A DNA stretch of 38,458 nucleotides, from the IMG/VR virus record IMGVR_UViG_3300039071_000077, positions 1 to 38,458 of that record, one strand, 5' to 3'. The notes beneath the pieces were generated by a model that searched no databases, was not told where the DNA came from, and saw only the letters and a list, made by a program, of their open reading frames with translations. Each line of letters opens with the position of its first letter. Position 1 is the stretch's first letter. The DNA is from a virus. The translations under genes and the position numbers were made by a program. Positions 33,618 through 38,458 of this stretch are shown here, piece after piece.

Positions 33618-33914
33618 CTACTTCTTTTTTAAATTTGTAAAAAACTTATCTTCCTTCACTTTTGTCCACATGAAAAAGAGAATCAATCCGTTGAATATTG
33701 TTTCTATTAGATTAAATTTTATTTGTGGTTTACCTTCAAACACAAACGATTCTTTGAAAAGTGCTACGCTAAAAAACAAGGTGCAAAGCATTAATAATCC
33801 GTAGGCGATTTTCCTTGCAAAATCACGTTCTTTTTCATCTGTCAATTTTATGAAGAAGGTGAAAAACAATCCTCCATAAATAATCCAATTAATTATCAGT
33901 ATCATCTTGTCCAT
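33618..33914 (-). CDS. Holin/antiholin-like protein with three predicted TM helices
   Basis: About 98 aa with three hydrophobic segments. Lies directly upstream of the endolysin. ATG at 33914; the track start at 33923 is TTG. Confidence 0.55.
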   Translation of the reverse strand: MDKMILIINWIIYGGLFFTFFIKLTDEKERDFARKIAYGLLMLCTLFFSVALFKESFVFEGKPQIKFNLIETIFNGLILFFMWTKVKEDKFFTNLKKK

Positions 33915-34200
33915 CTTTGTCAATTGTTTTAATTACTTTTTTAACTGAAGCTTTCAAAATGGCTTCTAATCCGTACGCTACAACTACTGTAATTAATAGC
34001 GTTACTTTGATTGATAGTTCCCAAAATTCCATAACCGCTGGCATTACAAAAAATGCCACGATTACCGAGCCTAAGAATTTACCTAACAACAAAGTTCTAT
34101 TAATTGCTTCTTTGCTGTCTTTTGAAAACAGCGCATAAATAGTGGTTGTGATTGAAGCTAAGAATATTAGCAATTGCGTTAAAAGGTCGTTGTTTTTCAT
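33889..34200 (-). CDS. Holin-like protein with three predicted TM helices
   Basis: 103 aa. Hydrophobic segments LLIFLASITTTIYALF, FLGSVIVAFFVMPAVMEFW and VTLLITVVVAYGLEAIL, with a charged C-terminus. Confidence 0.55.
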   Translation of the reverse strand: MKNNDLLTQLLIFLASITTTIYALFSKDSKEAINRTLLLGKFLGSVIVAFFVMPAVMEFWELSIKVTLLITVVVAYGLEAILKASVKKVIKTIDKDGQDDTDN

Positions 34201-34707
34201 TTATAGTTGTTTTTTGATTGGATAATATTTTGGAATAAAAAGAGCGCAATAAGGCACGAAAATTAAGCCAGCAAGGCAAAGCAATACAAAGCGAAATATT
34301 TGGTTTCCTTTGCCGTTTTTTCGCATATTTTCGAAGTATTTACACGCTGACTTAAACCATTTAATTATATTTCGATTTGCTCCAATTAAACATTCGTAAT
34401 CGTGAAGCATTGCATCGAGGTCTAATTTTGGTAAATCGCATAAATCTTTTACGATTGTTGCGCCATCAAATTTGGTTGTGAACTTGCAAAAGAAGTCGTA
34501 GGCTTCAGTATATTTATCAATATCTTCATCACTTCTACCTTTGTACTTTAGCATCATTATCATTTTATGTCGATAATCGGCTAATGTTTCTCTGTCTTGC
34601 TGAAAGTGAGTGTTTTTACTTTTTTTAAGGAAGTAAAAAACTACTAAAACGATTGTAAGAATGATGTACCACATATTATTAAAGATTTCCGTTAATAAAA
34701 ATTTCAT
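34201..34707 (-). CDS. Membrane protein with N- and C-terminal TM helices, 168 aa (lysis-cassette associated)
   Basis: ATG at 34707 (the track start at 34710 is TTG). TM segments are WYIILTIVLVVFYFL and FVLLCLAGLIFVPYCALF. Confidence 0.5.
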   Translation of the reverse strand: MKFLLTEIFNNMWYIILTIVLVVFYFLKKSKNTHFQQDRETLADYRHKMIMMLKYKGRSDEDIDKYTEAYDFFCKFTTKFDGATIVKDLCDLPKLDLDAMLHDYECLIGANRNIIKWFKSACKYFENMRKNGKGNQIFRFVLLCLAGLIFVPYCALFIPKYYPIKKQL

Positions 34708-35104
34708 CAACTTGCTCCTGAGTTAAACCTTCCATTGTTGCCACAAAGTTTAACTCTCCATTAGTTCTCTCAAAAGATGTAGCTGTTTTGTATTTGATTT
34801 TTGCTTTTTCTTTGTCGGCAACTGAAAACATAAAATCAGGAATTGAATCTATATCTTCAAAAATATCTTCATCAGTAATTCCTAAATCAAATAATTGAAG
34901 TTTTAAACGCATTGCTGATATTGTTGCAGGAACTATTGGTTTGTTTAATTCTGCAATTTCTTCGGGTGTACTTTCAACTTCTGTAATTTCACCTTCATTT
35001 TCAACATGAACAAACCAAGCTTGCCACATTGGGTGCGTATCATCTTGTGGTACTTCTACGTTATTGAAGTATATCTTATTTGTTAATTTGCTTCTTGTAT
35101 ACAT
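34679..35104 (-). CDS. Hypothetical acidic protein, 141 aa (fibre assembly/chaperone position)
   Basis: The ATG at 35104 follows the fibre-like gene stop by 1 nt. Confidence 0.4.
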   Translation of the reverse strand: MYTRSKLTNKIYFNNVEVPQDDTHPMWQAWFVHVENEGEITEVESTPEEIAELNKPIVPATISAMRLKLQLFDLGITDEDIFEDIDSIPDFMFSVADKEKAKIKYKTATSFERTNGELNFVATMEGLTQEQVDEIFINGNL

Positions 35105-35105
35105 A

Positions 35106-36842
35106 TTATATTCTTTTATAAAGTGTCATATCAACTAAAGATGCTCTGACTGCTAAAGCTGTTGTTCCGTTATTTCTCCAAAATCTTGGAAGTAAATTAA
35201 AATTTGTTGCTGGTAAATTTGTTGTTATTTCAACCCAAGCAGTTTCTACTTTTGTAGAAATGTTAATCACACGATACCAAATTGAAGCACTACCGGGCAC
35301 ATTGTACATTTGCAAACAATACAAATCAGTAGTTATTGTATTGGCTGGAAAACTTGCTCCTAAACTTACTTTTGTTGCAGTTCCAGCGCTATCATTATGA
35401 ATAAAACTTAAATTAGCATCACCGCTATCAGCACCTACACCAAAAATATTTGCTTGCGTACTCGGGTTAACATTTCCAAATACAGTTAAACTACCAAGTA
35501 AACCAGCAAAAACACGAGCATCTGAAACTGCGGAAGCATCTTCATTTCCGAATTTTATAGAAAAAAAGAAACCATCACCAATACTTGTTTGTTTAAAAGA
35601 CTGCTCATAATACTCAGCTGAACTACCAGCAGTAGAAGCACTCAATCTTCTATGTCTTACAGATTTTATAAAATCATTACCACTAAATAAAGGTGATTGA
35701 TTATCTGCTGTACCAACAAAAGCTGGAGTAGAAAAACCATACCATCCAGTTGGTGTTGGTCTCCATGCATAAATAGAATATTTCTGTAAATCAGGTAGAG
35801 ATATTCCAAACTCACTCGTAGGCTTTGTACTTTGCGAACCATCTGCATTAATGATATAAGCACGCTCTACACCCGATGTTGTTACTTTGTCAACCTTGCC
35901 ACTATCAGAAATTTTGATATAAGCAGAGCCACTCCAACGATAAGTAAAATTCGTATCTAAAGCGACATAAATTTTACCATTTTCACCTGTACCAGGAAAA
36001 GAAGCAAAATCTGCAAACTCTAAAACATCATCTACATAAGAAGGCAATTGTGAAGGTGGAACTTTACCATCCACCAAATCGGCTTTTGTAGATAAATCAA
36101 CTTCACTCCAACTCTTAAAAAATAAATCCATTTTTTCTGTAGATGGATTATATTTCAACCATACAATTCCGTTTTGTGGCACTACTAAATCAGCACCCAA
36201 ATTGAAAGGAATATCAACTGGTGAAAAAGCATTTTTCAAAGTAACATTGTGATCAGTTTTGTTTTCAAAGTAAAAATCTTTTCCAGCATAAGGAACTTCG
36301 GCTGTTGGTGATGCTACAATCAAATCTTTTGAAAAACCAGCAATACTTGTAACTGGTCCTATAACTGAGTAGTGTTGCTGTCCTAAAGTGCGTAATTCAA
36401 TAACTGCATCTGTACCACCTAAAACTTGTGTTATTTTTTGGTTTTCATCTTTTTTCTTGAATTGCGTGCCAACCAACGGAGTTTCTTCATCACCAATCGT
36501 ATCACCTGAAATATTCCAAGAAGTCAATAAAATATTTGTATCAGGAACAACTGGTTGCAAAGCAATAGTTTCAGATTCTAAACCTTGTTGTAATTCTATT
36601 GAATTTGAAGTATTTAGTATTGCGTTATCAATTCTGTAGAAACCTTCTGAAGCTTCGGCAATTGTAAGAACAACTGCTGCCGTATTTTGATAGGTTACTC
36701 CGTTAATTTTCCAAACGAAACCAACTGAAAAGGTAAATTCATTACCATCACGAGTAATGGTTCCCAATTGTAAAATTTGGTTTCCAGCTGAAAAAACAAC
36801 TGGTGTACATGAAAACGGATTATTTGCGCCTGTAATACTCAT
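35106..36842 (-). CDS. Tail fibre / receptor-binding-like protein
   Basis: 578 aa. DGKVPPSQLPSYVDDVLEFADFASFPGTGENGKIYVALDTNFTYRWSGSAYIKIS is a motif I recall from many phage fibre proteins. Beta-rich, Gly/Ser/Thr/Asn-rich. ATG 29 nt after motif site 36872-36882. Confidence 0.55.
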   Translation of the reverse strand: MSITGANNPFSCTPVVFSAGNQILQLGTITRDGNEFTFSVGFVWKINGVTYQNTAAVVLTIAEASEGFYRIDNAILNTSNSIELQQGLESETIALQPVVPDTNILLTSWNISGDTIGDEETPLVGTQFKKKDENQKITQVLGGTDAVIELRTLGQQHYSVIGPVTSIAGFSKDLIVASPTAEVPYAGKDFYFENKTDHNVTLKNAFSPVDIPFNLGADLVVPQNGIVWLKYNPSTEKMDLFFKSWSEVDLSTKADLVDGKVPPSQLPSYVDDVLEFADFASFPGTGENGKIYVALDTNFTYRWSGSAYIKISDSGKVDKVTTSGVERAYIINADGSQSTKPTSEFGISLPDLQKYSIYAWRPTPTGWYGFSTPAFVGTADNQSPLFSGNDFIKSVRHRRLSASTAGSSAEYYEQSFKQTSIGDGFFFSIKFGNEDASAVSDARVFAGLLGSLTVFGNVNPSTQANIFGVGADSGDANLSFIHNDSAGTATKVSLGASFPANTITTDLYCLQMYNVPGSASIWYRVINISTKVETAWVEITTNLPATNFNLLPRFWRNNGTTALAVRASLVDMTLYKRI

Positions 36843-36871
36843 AAGTCAAATTTCTATTATTTGTAAAGGAA

Positions 36872-36882
36872 AAAATAGGACA
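36872..36882 (-). promoter_or_regulatory. TGTCCTATTTT motif, site 6 (29 nt before ATG 36842)
   Basis: Exact 11-mer, 4 nt after the stop of the 319-aa gene. Confidence 0.6.
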
Positions 36883-36886
36883 CAAA

Positions 36887-37846
36887 CTAAAGTCCTAAAA
36901 CTCCTTTTGTGTTGTATGGTTCGTAACCTGGTAATGTTTTTGAATTCTTTAACAATGGAAAATCACACTGATTGAAATCACCAGCGTTTGCTTCAATAAT
37001 TTCAGTTGCTAATTTTAAGTACTGCGTTCCGTTGTTGATTTCTTCTTCTGCTAAAGATTTCAATTGGTCTACTGATTTTCCGTAGCTTGGATTTTCTCTT
37101 CTACCATCGGACATGTTTTCGAAGTCGATACGTAAACCACGTTCATCAAAAACAAATAGTCCGTTTGTAGAAACTTTTGCAACTGTAAATGCTACGATTG
37201 CTTTTTGTAACGCCACTTTTACTGCTTTTACGTTACCAACTGGATTACCTTTCAATGCTGTAATTAGTTCAGGACAAAGAAACGTGTGCAAATACTGATC
37301 TTCTACTTTGCGAATGATTGGCATTAATGCTAAATAGGTTTGTCTACTGTCGAAAATAGTGTAGTATTTTGAGAAAGTAACCGCATTATTAACTAGTAAT
37401 TCGTTGTTTACTTGACTGTAATTTGCTGCATAATCTGTGAAAACGGAAAGATTAGCATCTAAAACCGCTAAAAGTAAATCCATACTTTCGTGTCCGGCAC
37501 GCAATAATTCTCTGCGAATGTCTTTGATTTGCCCCCAGTTTGCAGCCGAACGATTTTCGGAAGTATTGACTGATATTCCAGACGAATCTAATTGCACCGC
37601 TAACAATGGCAAGTAAATGTACATTCCGAAGTTTGCAATTGCCGAACGCAAGTGTTCGCGAGCTTCGTTTTTAATTGCTGCGTTTTCTCCAGTTGGTGCA
37701 TCGGCTAAAATAGTATGAAGATTACCAACATACTTATGCGTATAAGCGTTTACAGCTTTTTGAATGTATGGTTCAAAGTCTTCAAACTGGAAAGATTGAG
37801 CGATTGAAACGTATTTTTTTAAATCGGTGGTAGTTGCTAGTATCAT
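36887..37846 (-). CDS. Hypothetical helical protein, 319 aa, after portal (head completion or head-tail adaptor-like)
   Basis: ATGA overlap with the portal stop. The N-terminal TTTDLKKYVSI...FEPYIQKAV resembles gp6-type connector N-termini (weak, from memory). Confidence 0.35.
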   Translation of the reverse strand: MILATTTDLKKYVSIAQSFQFEDFEPYIQKAVNAYTHKYVGNLHTILADAPTGENAAIKNEAREHLRSAIANFGMYIYLPLLAVQLDSSGISVNTSENRSAANWGQIKDIRRELLRAGHESMDLLLAVLDANLSVFTDYAANYSQVNNELLVNNAVTFSKYYTIFDSRQTYLALMPIIRKVEDQYLHTFLCPELITALKGNPVGNVKAVKVALQKAIVAFTVAKVSTNGLFVFDERGLRIDFENMSDGRRENPSYGKSVDQLKSLAEEEINNGTQYLKLATEIIEANAGDFNQCDFPLLKNSKTLPGYEPYNTKGVLGL

Positions 37847-38458
37847 GCTGTTGTGGATTGTGAGCCTGTTGGATTTTTATCTAAGGTTGTCAAAATAGTA
37901 TTTTCAAAAGCGGCACGAATGGTAGTGTCCCAACCGTTGTATTGCGCAATGAAATCGTAAACTTCGAGAGTGGTTTCTCTGTTTGTTTTGAAAAGTGCTG
38001 ATAAGATTGTGAAAGCTTCACGCTTATCAGAACCCGAACCTGCTCCGAGCTTTCCTCCTGGTATGCCTGCACCAATCAAGGAAGGGTCTACACCAAGAGC
38101 GAAAAGCACTTCGGAGTTAGCGGCTTCTGCTTCCGGAAGATACGAGCCGTCTTTTAATTTGTCATCTATTGCAGTGATGGTAACCGCAGATATTTCTTTT
38201 CCTTCAACTAAAAACTTCATTGATTGGATTGCTTTTCCTGCGTTATCATTTCCTGATAAAGAATCGTTAATCGTATCGATTACTTTGTTTCGAATAGCTT
38301 TTCTTTCATCTGGAGTGAACTTAATCCAGTTTTCCATGTATATCTTTTCAAAGTACATTTCGTTGATTTCAACTAAGTACTTAACAGTCATTTGATTATT
38401 GAAAAGCGCTTTTTTCAAAGCAGGAACCGAGTTTGCAACATCTAACCAACCGCTTTCC
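37843..38458 (-). CDS. Portal protein, C-terminal part (continues from 1-853 across the circular junction; 38352-38458 duplicates 1-107)
   Basis: Stop at 37843. The frame is open to the window end and in phase with the left-end segment. Confidence 0.7.
   Translation of the reverse strand, partial: ESGWLDVANSVPALKKALFNNQMTVKYLVEINEMYFEKIYMENWIKFTPDERKAIRNKVIDTINDSLSGNDNAGKAIQSMKFLVEGKEISAVTITAIDDKLKDGSYLPEAEAANSEVLFALGVDPSLIGAGIPGGKLGAGSGSDKREAFTILSALFKTNRETTLEVYDFIAQYNGWDTTIRAAFENTILTTLDKNPTGSQSTTA
38352..38458. repeat. Right copy of the 107-nt terminal overlap (identical to 1-107)
   Basis: Same string as bases 1-107. Confidence 0.95.

Larger units (their letters stand above)
1..38458. mobile_element. 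Complete circularly closed temperate tailed-phage genome (unit 38351 bp); Bacteroidota/Flavobacteriia-type host inferred
   Basis: Terminase, portal, prohead protease, capsid, tape measure, endolysin, holin-like, primase-helicase, repressor and integrase genes all present. Window ends overlap by 107 nt. No Shine-Dalgarno motifs. TTTG/TAnnTTTG promoter at the switch. Confidence 0.9.

Noticed and set aside
1-38458. Known defence or counter-defence machinery (restriction enzymes, toxin-antitoxin pairs, reverse transcriptase/DGR or retron, Cas genes, Abi-type nucleases), tRNA and rRNA genes
   Set aside because: None of the ORFs shows motifs I can recognise for these classes, apart from the orphan methyltransferase. 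No cloverleaf-like or rRNA-like sequence was seen in the intergenic regions.

Overview
The window is a complete, circularly closed genome of a temperate tailed phage. The unit length is 38,351 bp: bases 1-107 recur verbatim at 38352-38458, and the join lies inside, and in frame with, the portal gene. Host hallmarks point to Bacteroidota/Flavobacteriia: low GC by eye, no Shine-Dalgarno sequences before start codons, a TTTG-N20-TAGTTTTG promoter at the lysogeny switch, a Bacteroidota-style tyrosine integrase, and DUF4468-like and DUF3127-like genes. All genes except the repressor and integrase are on the minus strand and form one long leftward series. The order is: switch (21.66-21.79 kb); early/replication genes including a 1086-aa primase-helicase; a 0.6-0.8 kb non-coding region; protease-scaffold and capsid genes; a low-GC moron island; a repeat-containing ORF, ParB-domain methyltransferase, small and large terminase and portal (wrapping the junction); a fibre-like gene; a lysis cassette (three TM proteins plus a GH19-type endolysin); and tail genes with a 1017-aa tape measure. 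The series ends convergently with the integrase (18-bp overlap). The moron island holds a secreted DUF4468-like protein, a membrane-anchored BRCT-like protein and two orphan genes, each unit bounded by hairpin terminators. Several signals are not explained by the genes. (1) An invariant 11-mer, TGTCCTATTTT, occurs six times, always intergenic and co-oriented, three times exactly 29 nt before an ATG, and twice fused to near-identical UUCG-loop terminators. (2) The non-coding region has an iteron-like GTTCCACA array with an AT-rich dyad, A-tracts and a G-rich tract, a candidate origin or regulatory hub, with satellite copies inside two distant genes. (3) A 10-nt tandem repeat sits inside a CDS and is read in all three phases. 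(4) A duplicated hairpin plus 18-nt box cassette lies in the early operon. (5) The leader before the gene preceding portal can form two mutually exclusive hairpins. All functional calls rest on motif and pattern recognition by eye; no database search was possible.
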